From Clostridia bacterium (GTDB taxonomy: Bacteria > Bacillota > Clostridia > Monoglobales > Monoglobaceae), in assembly GCA_045586925.1 (NCBI GenBank), contig JAZNBG010000035.1, forward strand, positions 6,417 through 70,416: a stretch of DNA of 64,000 nucleotides, in the 5' to 3' direction. The translations under genes were made by a program, and so were the position numbers. Below, piece by piece: positions 47,432 through 55,711 of the stretch (the stretch's first letter is position 1; each line of letters begins with the position of its first letter). The notes under the pieces are model-generated. The model saw only the letters and a list, made by a program, of their open reading frames with translations. It made no database searches and was not told the DNA's origin.

Positions 47432-48445
47432 ATGAATAACGAAAGATTAGACCGAAAACAAAGAAAAGTACGAAAAAAGAGATTGTTTATGGTTAAGGTA
47501 ATTGCATTCATTCTTTTTATCGTTATAGTTTTTATTGCAGGATTTTACTTTGGTAAAACATATAGCTCTAAAAGCATTCCAGTAGCAAATTTTGACAATG
47601 AATATTCTGAGGAAAAGAGCAAATTAACTGATAATTCCGATGAATTTGATAAATTAAACATTTTAAAGACGGATTTAGTTAGTATTATGAATAACAAATA
47701 TCCTACTGTAGATTTGTCCTTTGCAATCAAAAATCTTGATACGGGTGCTATGGTAGTACATAATAACAAAAAAATGAATAGTGCAAGCATAATTAAATTA
47801 TTCATTTTAGAAACTGTATATAATGAAATTATTCAAGGTAAGTATGTGCTTTCCGAGGAACGAGAAAAAGAATTGGAAAAAATGATTACGGAAAGTGATA
47901 ATAACGCTGCCAACAACTTTATAGATGACTTTGGTGGACAAAATGAAAAGCGTAAGGTTGATGAAACTAATTTAATTAATAAAACAATAAAAGAAAAAGG
48001 ATATTTGTTTACTGAATTAAATCGAAAAATGCATGATAAAACACCACCAGAAGGTCCGTCGGGATATCAGAATTATACCTGTGTCGAAGATGTATGTAAA
48101 TTCTTAGAAGGAATATACAACAAAACTCTTTTTGAAGAACCATACAATACATATGCTTTAAATTTAATGAAAAATCAAAAAAGAAGAGCCAAAATCCCTG
48201 CTATGATAACAGACGAATATAACGATGTTATAGTTGCAAATAAAACTGGTGAGTTGTCCCAGGTGGAAAATGATGCAGCAATAATAATGAGTGATGATTT
48301 TAACATTATATTTGTGGTATTAACTGATAACATACCATTCAAGGCGGATGGTACAACTGATTATGATTTAAAAGAAGAAGTTCAAAAAACCATTTCTAAA
48401 CTAGGGTTAAAGGTTGTTGAATTTTATAATGCAAATCAGTTTTAA
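47432..48445 (+). CDS. Membrane-anchored serine hydrolase of the class-A beta-lactamase/PBP-like fold
   Basis: N-terminal TM anchor. All three motifs are present: SIIK (SxxK), SDN and KTG. Confidence 0.65.
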   Translation: MNNERLDRKQRKVRKKRLFMVKVIAFILFIVIVFIAGFYFGKTYSSKSIPVANFDNEYSEEKSKLTDNSDEFDKLNILKTDLVSIMNNKYPTVDLSFAIKNLDTGAMVVHNNKKMNSASIIKLFILETVYNEIIQGKYVLSEEREKELEKMITESDNNAANNFIDDFGGQNEKRKVDETNLINKTIKEKGYLFTELNRKMHDKTPPEGPSGYQNYTCVEDVCKFLEGIYNKTLFEEPYNTYALNLMKNQKRRAKIPAMITDEYNDVIVANKTGELSQVENDAAIIMSDDFNIIFVVLTDNIPFKADGTTDYDLKEEVQKTISKLGLKVVEFYNANQF

Positions 48446-48518
48446 GCTTAAAACGCAACTTGACAAAAAATTAGTTCTGACAACAAAACAAAATATATAA
48501 AACAAAGGAGAATAAATT

Positions 48519-49976
48519 ATGCAATGTCCAAAATGTGGAAAAGAGAATGCAGACAAAATGAAATTTTGTAGTCAATGCGGAAGCCCATTGGCTGACAATG
48601 AACAAAGAAAAGATGAAAGTACAGTGGTAGCTGGTGAAACAATATCGTCAAATGCATCATATACAAAACCTAAAAATTCAGTTGATGAAAATGTTAAAAG
48701 ATCAAAAATTTATTCATACTTCTATGGTTCAAACACTGTTTTTCAGCAGTTTATAATCATATTAGGTGTTTTCTGTCTTATGATGATTAATGTTGCTAAT
48801 GTAGCACAATATGCAAAGTACAACTCTATGCAAGAGAAGTATTATGAGTTGCGAGAAGAAGTATCAATGGCTGAAAGCGAGTATGAAGAGCTCTACTATG
48901 AATATAGATATGACTTTGATGTTGACCGATATGAGGCTGTTTCAGTTACAAAAGACGAAAAAGATTATGATGAAAAAGTTGAATATAATAAAGCTTTAGA
49001 AAAATATGAAAAAGCTAATGAAAAATGTGAACAGTATTCAGAAAAAATGAACAATGCACATTCTTCAACACCGTTTATGGAAACTGTTTTCAAATTTCTA
49101 GGATATATAGCAATTTTAGTTGGTGTTATTTGGTTTATTTATAAAAAAATCACTTTTGATAAAAGTGGAGAATATGTATATGATCAAGAATTGAAAGATA
49201 AAATTGAAGAAGCAAAACAAAAAGGAATGGACAAGCTTAACATTATTTCTGAGCAAATTGAGAAGGTAGAACCGGTTGTACTTAACGGTATTGCTCATGT
49301 TGATAATGATTTAGTGTCAGCAATATCCATAGGTAAGCTCGGCGCGTTATTCCAAACTTTGTTCAAGTTTATTTTGTCCTTTGATAAGATAATTATAGGA
49401 TTAATAGGTTCGTCTATTTTAACTACAATAAGTACATTTTTAGTTTCTAAAAATGTGCCGTTTATAATTGTATTTTTGCTGGTATTTGGCGGTATAGGAT
49501 ATTTAGGATGTCTCGTATATAAAAAGTATGAAATTGATTCCTACATAAAGCCTAAAACCATTGAAAGATTAAATAAATTTGCACCGCACTACATTGAAAG
49601 AGTAGGTAGTGATGACAGATTAAGAGTATCCCTTCCTGCTATTACGGTTTATATGTTTGGTGACGACCAGTTGTATATGTACTATCAGTATTTGGATATT
49701 GTAACTGGTAAAATATTCTGCGAAGGTGTTCATGAATACTTCTATGAGGATATCGTGGGTGTTACCTCTGCTCAGGAAACTAAAAAGACATATAAACGCT
49801 ATGGATTTATGAATCTCTTCTTGAGAAGCATTGATTATCTTAAAGAACATATTACAGTGGTTTCAAGCGGATGCATGCATAAGGAATCATATGTTGTTGA
49901 TATCGGACATTCTCTTCTCGACACACAATTTGTTGGTATGAGAAATCTTATTCGTCAGAAGAAAATGGAAAAGTGA
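48519..49976 (+). CDS. Zinc-ribbon multi-pass membrane protein of unknown function
   Basis: CPKCGKEN..CSQCG, an acidic coiled-coil segment and about 4 TM helices. The C-terminal ~130-aa domain is shared with the next protein. Confidence 0.45.
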   Translation: MQCPKCGKENADKMKFCSQCGSPLADNEQRKDESTVVAGETISSNASYTKPKNSVDENVKRSKIYSYFYGSNTVFQQFIIILGVFCLMMINVANVAQYAKYNSMQEKYYELREEVSMAESEYEELYYEYRYDFDVDRYEAVSVTKDEKDYDEKVEYNKALEKYEKANEKCEQYSEKMNNAHSSTPFMETVFKFLGYIAILVGVIWFIYKKITFDKSGEYVYDQELKDKIEEAKQKGMDKLNIISEQIEKVEPVVLNGIAHVDNDLVSAISIGKLGALFQTLFKFILSFDKIIIGLIGSSILTTISTFLVSKNVPFIIVFLLVFGGIGYLGCLVYKKYEIDSYIKPKTIERLNKFAPHYIERVGSDDRLRVSLPAITVYMFGDDQLYMYYQYLDIVTGKIFCEGVHEYFYEDIVGVTSAQETKKTYKRYGFMNLFLRSIDYLKEHITVVSSGCMHKESYVVDIGHSLLDTQFVGMRNLIRQKKMEK

Positions 49977-50060
49977 TAAAGAATTATTTTAATGTTAACT
50001 ACTGTGTAATGCCACTACATAGATGTTATATACAAACAACACAAAAGGAGATGTTTAAAC

Positions 50061-50720
50061 ATGGGACTTATTGATGGCGCAGCAGCTGCAGCTGAATTCG
50101 CACAATGGCAAGCACAAAGAAAGAACCTGATGAAAGCGGCTAATCCCACTCAGAAAAAGGCAATTAAATACTTTATTCCTGAACCAGGATGCAAAGGTCT
50201 TTTTGACAAAGTATCAGACGAAGAATATGATGAAATCGTAAAGGGTATGGTTAAGTCAAGCAATTCTTATCAGAGAGCTCTTGACAAAATCGGTCTTGAT
50301 GAAAGCGAACTTAAAGAGATTCCTCCGGTTACATTATACGGATACGAAGAAGGCAAGAATAGCTTTTCAAAAACAAATATAGATGGAACATACAGAACTA
50401 ACCTTTACTCCATCACACACTTGTTCTTCTCTGCTACACAGGTTTATATGTATCAGCTCGTTTTAAATACAATGAAGAATGACCGCAAGGAAAGAACTGA
50501 AGAATATTTCTATAAGGATATTACAAACTTCTCAACTCTTTCCGATACTGTTGAGTCTATTACTTTCAAGGGCTGTCAGAATACAGTGCAGAAAGTATCT
50601 GTTGAAGTACAGAAATTCTCTCTTATCGTACCTGGCGACAAATTCACTTGTGCTACATACGGTGATATCGATCAGCAGGTAAGAGCAATGAAAAATAAGC
50701 TTAGAGAAAAGAAACAATAA
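50061..50720 (+). CDS. Hypothetical soluble protein sharing a C-terminal domain with the 48519-49976 product
   Basis: QVYMYQL..EEYFYKDI..VRAMKNKLREKK parallels QLYMYYQ..HEYFYEDI..FVGMRNLIRQKK. Strong AAGGAG RBS. Confidence 0.45.
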   Translation: MGLIDGAAAAAEFAQWQAQRKNLMKAANPTQKKAIKYFIPEPGCKGLFDKVSDEEYDEIVKGMVKSSNSYQRALDKIGLDESELKEIPPVTLYGYEEGKNSFSKTNIDGTYRTNLYSITHLFFSATQVYMYQLVLNTMKNDRKERTEEYFYKDITNFSTLSDTVESITFKGCQNTVQKVSVEVQKFSLIVPGDKFTCATYGDIDQQVRAMKNKLREKKQ

Positions 50721-50752
50721 TTAGTTATAGCGTGCACGCTAAAGGTAATTAT

Positions 50753-50786
50753 AGGTGATATAGGTGGCATCTGTATCACCTTTTTT
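50753..50786 (+). terminator. Rho-independent terminator closing the long T7SS-like operon
   Basis: AGGTGATA / TATCACCT stem with a 13-nt loop, followed by T6. It is preceded by the palindrome AGCGTGCACGCT (50729-50740). Confidence 0.6.
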
Positions 50787-50802
50787 CTTAAAGGATGGTC
50801 AC

Positions 50803-51294
50803 ATGTTTAGAAAGAAAAAAGAATTTGTTGAGTATCACAAATATAAAGTTGTGAAAGAAAAAAAGATAGTAAGAAAAGAAGAAATATATCCTGAAACACA
50901 TCAAAAATTGGTAAGACCTAAAATAAACTACCTTAGTGTCTGTTTGAAAATAGCATTTAGTCTAGTTGTAAATCTTTTAATAATGATGTTGATTTTTGAT
51001 TTGATTACAAGGAAAGCGTCAATAACACACGAATGGATTTGGCGTGTTTTGACTTTTGTTTTTCTACAGGTGATAACAATTATAATTAGCTTAAAAAGAA
51101 TTGTGATTTTTATAATTAGATTGTATCAAAGGTATGCTCCGTATGAGGTAAGATCAACTTGTTTGTTTGTACCTAATTGTTCGGAATATATGGTTTTGGC
51201 AATTGAAAAATATGGTTTAATTAAAGGAATTAAAATGGGGCTAGCACGATTTAATCGATGTAAACCTCCATATGGCGGAGTAGATTATCCATAA
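50803..51294 (+). CDS. YidD-like membrane protein insertion efficiency factor domain with an N-terminal two-TM extension
   Basis: The C-terminus YAPYEVRSTCLFVPNCSEYMVLAIEKYGLIKGIKMGLARFNRCKP matches the YidD (haemolytic domain) signature. ATG 50803 was chosen because the ORF-track start lies inside the terminator. Confidence 0.6.
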   Translation: MFRKKKEFVEYHKYKVVKEKKIVRKEEIYPETHQKLVRPKINYLSVCLKIAFSLVVNLLIMMLIFDLITRKASITHEWIWRVLTFVFLQVITIIISLKRIVIFIIRLYQRYAPYEVRSTCLFVPNCSEYMVLAIEKYGLIKGIKMGLARFNRCKPPYGGVDYP

Positions 51295-51316
51295 TAAAAA
51301 AGAGAGGAGAATATGT

Positions 51317-51556
51317 ATGAATCTTATAGTTGCAATCGGAGGAGTAATTTTAAGTCTGATAATAAATTTCTTACCTACTATAATTGCTTTTGTAAAAGGA
51401 AGTTATAAAAAAATTAATGTTTTATTATTAAATGGCATTCCATATGCTTTGTCTGTTGTGTTGATTTTTATTTCGATCCCTGTACTGAACCCAATAATTG
51501 CTTTAATAAATATTGTTTCATGGGTTGCAGCTTTAATAATGGCTTTGAAAAATTAG
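51317..51556 (+). CDS. Small membrane protein, superinfection-immunity (Imm, PF14373-like) family
   Basis: FLPTIIAFVKGSYKKINVLLLN ... VSWVAALIMAL fits the pattern of that family as I recall it. Confidence 0.5.
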   Translation: MNLIVAIGGVILSLIINFLPTIIAFVKGSYKKINVLLLNGIPYALSVVLIFISIPVLNPIIALINIVSWVAALIMALKN

Positions 51557-51662
51557 AGGTTTTTTATACATAAGAACAATAAAAGAATATTATTTTAAAA
51601 AATTAATAAAAAAAACAACTCCACCTATTGTAAAGATAAAAATGATGTGTTAAAATATGCTT

Positions 51663-51850
51663 GTAAAAACTCATGATGAGTTTCAGGTAAGAAGATTACA
51701 CAGGTAAGAAGTTAAGCAGGTTTAAGATGTTACTCAAAGGGACAAGTCTGCCCTTTTGCAGAAAACGCACCTGTGATTGTCATAAGTGGAAACAAAAAGA
51801 AAGCAAACGCAAGTAATGAACCTACGGGGGATTTCGGTGTTTGCTTTTAT
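51663..51850 (+). ncRNA. Candidate small RNA unit 1 (own promoter and terminator)
   Basis: Promoter TTGTAA (51628-51633), 17 nt, TGtTAAAAT (hexamer 51651-51656). The body has GGTAAGAAG twice plus TTAAGCAGGT, then the GGGACAAGTCTGCCC motif with a T-run (51739-51757). The second hairpin is AAGCAAAC/GTTTGCTT with a T-run ending at ~51850. Confidence 0.3.
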
Positions 51851-51972
51851 TTTATCAAGTAGTAGAAAATAAAAATGCTTCGAGTATAGAAAAAACATTG
51901 AAAAAGTGAAACGATATGTTTATTTTCCCTCCAGGTATTGTAAATCAGGAAATAATAATGTAAAATGTACTT

Positions 51973-52056
51973 GTAAAAATGGTAAGCAGTTACACGGGTA
52001 AGCAGTTAAGCAGGTTAGCATAAAAATTGTTGGCGGGATAAGTCTGTCCGTTTTTA
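51973..52056 (+). ncRNA. Candidate small RNA unit 2 (paralogue of unit 1)
   Basis: Promoter TTGTAA (51938-51943), 17 nt, TAAAAT (51961-51966). The body has GGTAAGCAG twice plus TTAAGCAGGT, then GGGATAAGTCTGTCC followed by T5. Confidence 0.3.
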
Positions 52057-52674
52057 GCTATCTGCTTTAATGGAAAGTGTGAAAAGCATTATCCAATTTT
52101 ACGGAGATTAAAATTATATAGGCGGTAACAAAGAATGTAGAAACTATCCTATGGGATAAGACTGCATTCTTTTTGTTTTTAGAAGATAGATTTATCGGTT
52201 AGGAATAAAAGTTTTTATGAAGTCCTATACGGCACTTTTTACACTGTCTTGTAAAAGGATGTACGGACACAAAGATGTTTTGGTTGGAGAAACAAAAATG
52301 CAGAGTTTGCCATCGGATTTGTACGCATAGACTTTAAAAAATCCGTAGAGGTTGGACAGAACCTTGACATAGTAGCGGCTGTGAAAATATTAAATTACAT
52401 ATGTCACCGCTATGACATATTTCAGCATCGGCATAAATATATGCACCTGAGTTTAGCAGGGATGCTACCGCAGGAGAGTTTCTCCAACTACCTTTTGCGG
52501 GAATATTACTAACCGAGCAATATGCTTTAGATAAAATGGAGACAGGAACAAAGAAAACGTCTCAAAATACTGCAAATACTGGGTTTCTCACACAGTCATA
52601 CCGGGAAACACAGAGGTAACGAGGTGAAATTCCAACGGGATAGGTATGCCCTATGCTGAGGAAAGGACATTACA

Positions 52675-53535
52675 ATGTGTAAAAACATATACAAGAACTT
52701 GGAAATACAGTACAAGAAATTATTCCGCCATTTAAAGGTCGGAAGTTTCAAAACAAGAGAACGTTACGGAAAGGCGTTTAAGCGATTCATGGTATTTTTG
52801 GCAAGAGAATATCATTTGCAAAAGTTGGCAAACATTTCAGAAAAGCATATATACGCTTATGTAAGCTATATGCAAAATAAAGGTTTGTCTGCCTCAACAA
52901 TAAAGACCGAGCTTGCGGCAATACGATTTTTCCACGACAGTATGCCGTACACAAGAAGCACCTTGCCGACAAATGATGAACTCGAACTTGAAAAACGTAA
53001 TTTCGGCGGAGTTGACAGAACTTGGTCCGAAATAGAGTTTGCAAAAATGCTTGCAGCATCAGTGATGGGAGAATATCCGGAGTATTCGGGAATGCTTTAC
53101 CTTGGAAGATATGCCGGACTTCGTTTGGAAGAATGTTTCCGCATTGACACCAACGATGCTAAAAATGCTCTTGAAACGGGACAGCTACTGGTTAAAGGCA
53201 AAGGTGGACTCACAAGGTATGTACCGATTTGCTATCAACTTGAGATTGTATTTCGTGATATGTTAAAGATTACACCTATCGGACAAAAGCTATTTGTAAG
53301 ACCGTATGACAAGACACATCTTGCAATGAAGCGTTTGCAAAATTTTATTGCATACCACAGAAAAGAGTTTACTGAAAACAGAATTACCTTTCATGGACTT
53401 CGACATACATATGCTCACGAACAGTATGAGAAGTTCATAAAAGAAGGTTGTTCGGAATTTGATGCCCGAAAAAAGGTATCGGAGCTGCTCGGTCATCATC
53501 GTGATGATGTAACGAGAATATATTTAGCCGAATAA
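52675..53535 (+). CDS. Tyrosine recombinase/integrase
   Basis: SAM-like N-terminal domain (HIYAYVSYMQNKGLSASTIKTELAAIRFF). GLRLEE (Arg), HGLRHTYA (His-x-x-Arg) and LGHHRDDVTRIYL (His, Tyr). Confidence 0.8.
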   Translation: MCKNIYKNLEIQYKKLFRHLKVGSFKTRERYGKAFKRFMVFLAREYHLQKLANISEKHIYAYVSYMQNKGLSASTIKTELAAIRFFHDSMPYTRSTLPTNDELELEKRNFGGVDRTWSEIEFAKMLAASVMGEYPEYSGMLYLGRYAGLRLEECFRIDTNDAKNALETGQLLVKGKGGLTRYVPICYQLEIVFRDMLKITPIGQKLFVRPYDKTHLAMKRLQNFIAYHRKEFTENRITFHGLRHTYAHEQYEKFIKEGCSEFDARKKVSELLGHHRDDVTRIYLAE

Positions 53536-53582
53536 AAATTTGAATATTTGGAAATTATTAGATATAGCGAAAGGAGCTTTGT

Positions 53583-53789
53583 ATGATAAGTACTTCTGAT
53601 ATCGATAATTTCGTAGATTTGAAAAATTTGGCTATTGATAAAACAAAACCAATTGAGGAGCGGCTAAAGCAATTTATCACGGATGTAAAAAATCCGTATA
53701 TGGTAAGAGTTGGCGATACACTGGTACGAATAGAATTTACCGGTGGAAGAAACTTTTCAGATGCTTTAACTGCAGCTTTCGGTGCATAA
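53583..53789 (+). CDS. 68-aa protein of unknown function immediately upstream of the large serine recombinase (possible directionality or accessory factor)
   Basis: AAAGGAG RBS. The suggested role rests on position only. Confidence 0.3.
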   Translation: MISTSDIDNFVDLKNLAIDKTKPIEERLKQFITDVKNPYMVRVGDTLVRIEFTGGRNFSDALTAAFGA

Positions 53790-53813
53790 GTGGAAATTTC
53801 ATAATATTTCCTC

Positions 53814-53842
53814 TTGAAGTTTAGGCGGCGGTATGATATAAT
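53814..53842 (+). promoter_or_regulatory. Sigma-A-like promoter of the large serine recombinase gene
   Basis: TTGAAG (53814-53819), 17 nt, TGaTATAAT (hexamer 53837-53842). Confidence 0.45.
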
Positions 53843-53897
53843 TTTTAATGTAGAGATTAGCATATCGCCGTCAAAATAAAAGACGGAGGTACGCGAT

Positions 53898-55580
53898 ATG
53901 ACAAATACAAAATATGCGATGTACTTAGAGCAGCCTCCAGTATTTAAAATACAGTGGAGAGCTGCTCTTTATATAAGACTTTCAAAAGAAGATGGCGACA
54001 AAGGAGAAAGTAACTCTGTAACATCGCAGAGAGAAATATTAAAAGAATTCTTAAAGCTTCGCCCTGACATTGAACTCTATGACATTTATGTAGATGATGG
54101 TTGGTCGGGTACAAACTTTGACAGACCTGATTTTACACGAATGATGGAAGATATTTATTCCGGCAATGTAAATTGTGTTATAGTAAAGGATTTATCGAGA
54201 TTCGGAAGAAACTATACTGATAGCGGAAATTATCTTGACAATGTGTTTGTGAGGCTCAGAGTTCGTTTTATTGCACTTAATAACGGTGTTGATACCGCAT
54301 CAAACAATATGAACGCTGCAACACAGTGTATTTCTGTAGGTGTTACTAATGTTATCAACGAAAGTGTTGCCGCAACAACTTCGGTGAATGTTCGCGGAAC
54401 ACTGAATGTAAACCGTGCTCAAGGTAAATTTATAGGTTCTTTTCCAACATACGGATATTTAAAAGATCCTAATGACCATCATAAACTTATTGTTGATGAA
54501 GAAGTTGCGCCTGTTATTCGGTCAATATTTGAACGATTTGTTGCAGGTAAAAGTATAATCGGCATTGCAAAGGAACTAAACGAAGAAGGTATTCCTAATC
54601 CTTCAATGTATAAGAAACTTAAAGGTTTTAATTATAGACATCCCGTAGGAAAAAGCAATGACGGATTATGGCCGGACAGTTCTGTGCGAAGAATACTGCG
54701 AAATGAAATGTATATCGGCAATATGGTGCAAGGTAAAAATACAACAATAAGTTATAAGATTAAGCAATGCAGGCCAATTCCTAAAGAGGATTGGATTATT
54801 GTTGAAAACACTCACGAGGCTATTGTAAGTAAAGAGATATTTGAAAAAGCACAGTCTCTTTTCAACAAAAACATACGAGTCGCACCACAGAAAAAAGAAG
54901 TAGATTTATTTTCTGGTTTTGTTCGCTGTGCTGATTGTCATAGAACTATGAATAAGAAAACCAATGTCCATTCTTATGCAACATATCATTATTATCGTTG
55001 TTCTACTGCAAGAAAGATGAAAAAAAGTGCTTGTGGTAATCATACGATAAGAATTGATAAGCTGGAAGAAGCGGTATTAGTTGTTATTCAGAACATGGTT
55101 GATGTGGCAATTGAAATGGATGATATTCTAAAGAGAATCAATTCCAATGGTGAAAGAAAAAAAGAATCCAAACATCTTAAAAAGGCAATCGAAACACAAA
55201 CTGCTGAAAGGGATAAATGCAAACGAATGATGGTTGATTTGTATCCTGACTGGAAGAATGGCATTATTACTCAAGAGGAATATTTAATGTTAAAGCAGGG
55301 TATTTCAGAAAAAATAGAAACTCTTGATAAAATGATAGAAAATCTCACCGAAACAGCAAGAAGTTACGAGGAAGGAGTAAATGATGAAAATGAATTTATA
55401 GCCCATTTCAAGGCTCATGGCAAAATAAAAGCTTTAACCCGAAATCTTCTGCTTGAGTTGGTTGACGAGATTTTAGTTCACGAGGGCGGAGATATTACCG
55501 TGAAATTCAAGTTTAACGATGCCTATAAAGAAGTTATGGAATATATTGAAATGAATAAGGATGTTATTAAGACTGCTTAA
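53898..55580 (+). CDS. Large serine recombinase (SpoIVCA/SprA/phage-integrase type)
   Basis: 560 aa. Resolvase catalytic domain (AALYIRLSKEDGDKGESNSVTSQ, VKDLSRFGRN), a recombinase domain, a zinc-ribbon (CADCHRTM...YYRCST..ACGNH) and a coiled-coil tail. It lies 130 bp from the right junction. Confidence 0.9.
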   Translation: MTNTKYAMYLEQPPVFKIQWRAALYIRLSKEDGDKGESNSVTSQREILKEFLKLRPDIELYDIYVDDGWSGTNFDRPDFTRMMEDIYSGNVNCVIVKDLSRFGRNYTDSGNYLDNVFVRLRVRFIALNNGVDTASNNMNAATQCISVGVTNVINESVAATTSVNVRGTLNVNRAQGKFIGSFPTYGYLKDPNDHHKLIVDEEVAPVIRSIFERFVAGKSIIGIAKELNEEGIPNPSMYKKLKGFNYRHPVGKSNDGLWPDSSVRRILRNEMYIGNMVQGKNTTISYKIKQCRPIPKEDWIIVENTHEAIVSKEIFEKAQSLFNKNIRVAPQKKEVDLFSGFVRCADCHRTMNKKTNVHSYATYHYYRCSTARKMKKSACGNHTIRIDKLEEAVLVVIQNMVDVAIEMDDILKRINSNGERKKESKHLKKAIETQTAERDKCKRMMVDLYPDWKNGIITQEEYLMLKQGISEKIETLDKMIENLTETARSYEEGVNDENEFIAHFKAHGKIKALTRNLLLELVDEILVHEGGDITVKFKFNDAYKEVMEYIEMNKDVIKTA

Positions 55581-55586
55581 ACAAAA

Positions 55587-55618
55587 GGCTCCTGCAGGTA
55601 TAATAAAATGCAGGAGTC
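55587..55618 (+). terminator. Candidate terminator after the recombinase gene
   Basis: GGCTCCTGCA / TGCAGGAGTC stem (one G-U pair) with a 12-nt loop and a weak T tail. Confidence 0.4.
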
Positions 55619-55711
55619 TTACTTTGTGAATTTTCACATAAAAACACACGTAGAATTATAGAAAACAAACAAAAATAAAAAATTTATGGTGTACCCTTGA
55701 CATTTTCCCCT

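Larger units (their letters stand above)
19143..55711. mobile_element. ~36.6-kb integrated element interrupting spoVAD (skin-like intervening element / serine-recombinase island)
   Basis: It splits spoVAD exactly. CCTG is shared at both junctions (19140-19143 and 55709-55712). A large serine recombinase gene lies at the right end. The element is clearly more AT-rich than the flanks. Cargo consists of defence, recombinase and secretion genes, with no phage structural or conjugation genes. Confidence 0.85.

Noticed and set aside
51557-52200. CRISPR array or type III toxin-antitoxin RNA repeats in the tandem-repeat region
   Set aside because: The repeats are only 9-10 nt, occur twice per unit and are not regularly spaced with unique spacers. 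No cas gene or toxin gene is adjacent.
19143-55711. Interpreting the spoVAD insertion as a prophage or as an ICE
   Set aside because: No terminase, portal, capsid, tail or lysis genes were recognisable, and no relaxase, VirB4 or VirD4-type genes either. The only FtsK-like ATPase has an FHA domain and sits with YukD and WXG100 genes, which points to secretion rather than DNA transfer.
55697-55711. ORF-track start (TTG 55697) of the 135-aa ORF as a genuine independent gene
   Set aside because: There is no RBS, and the first five codons are element DNA. Homology to SpoVAD begins only at 55712 and continues the frame of the upstream fragment.
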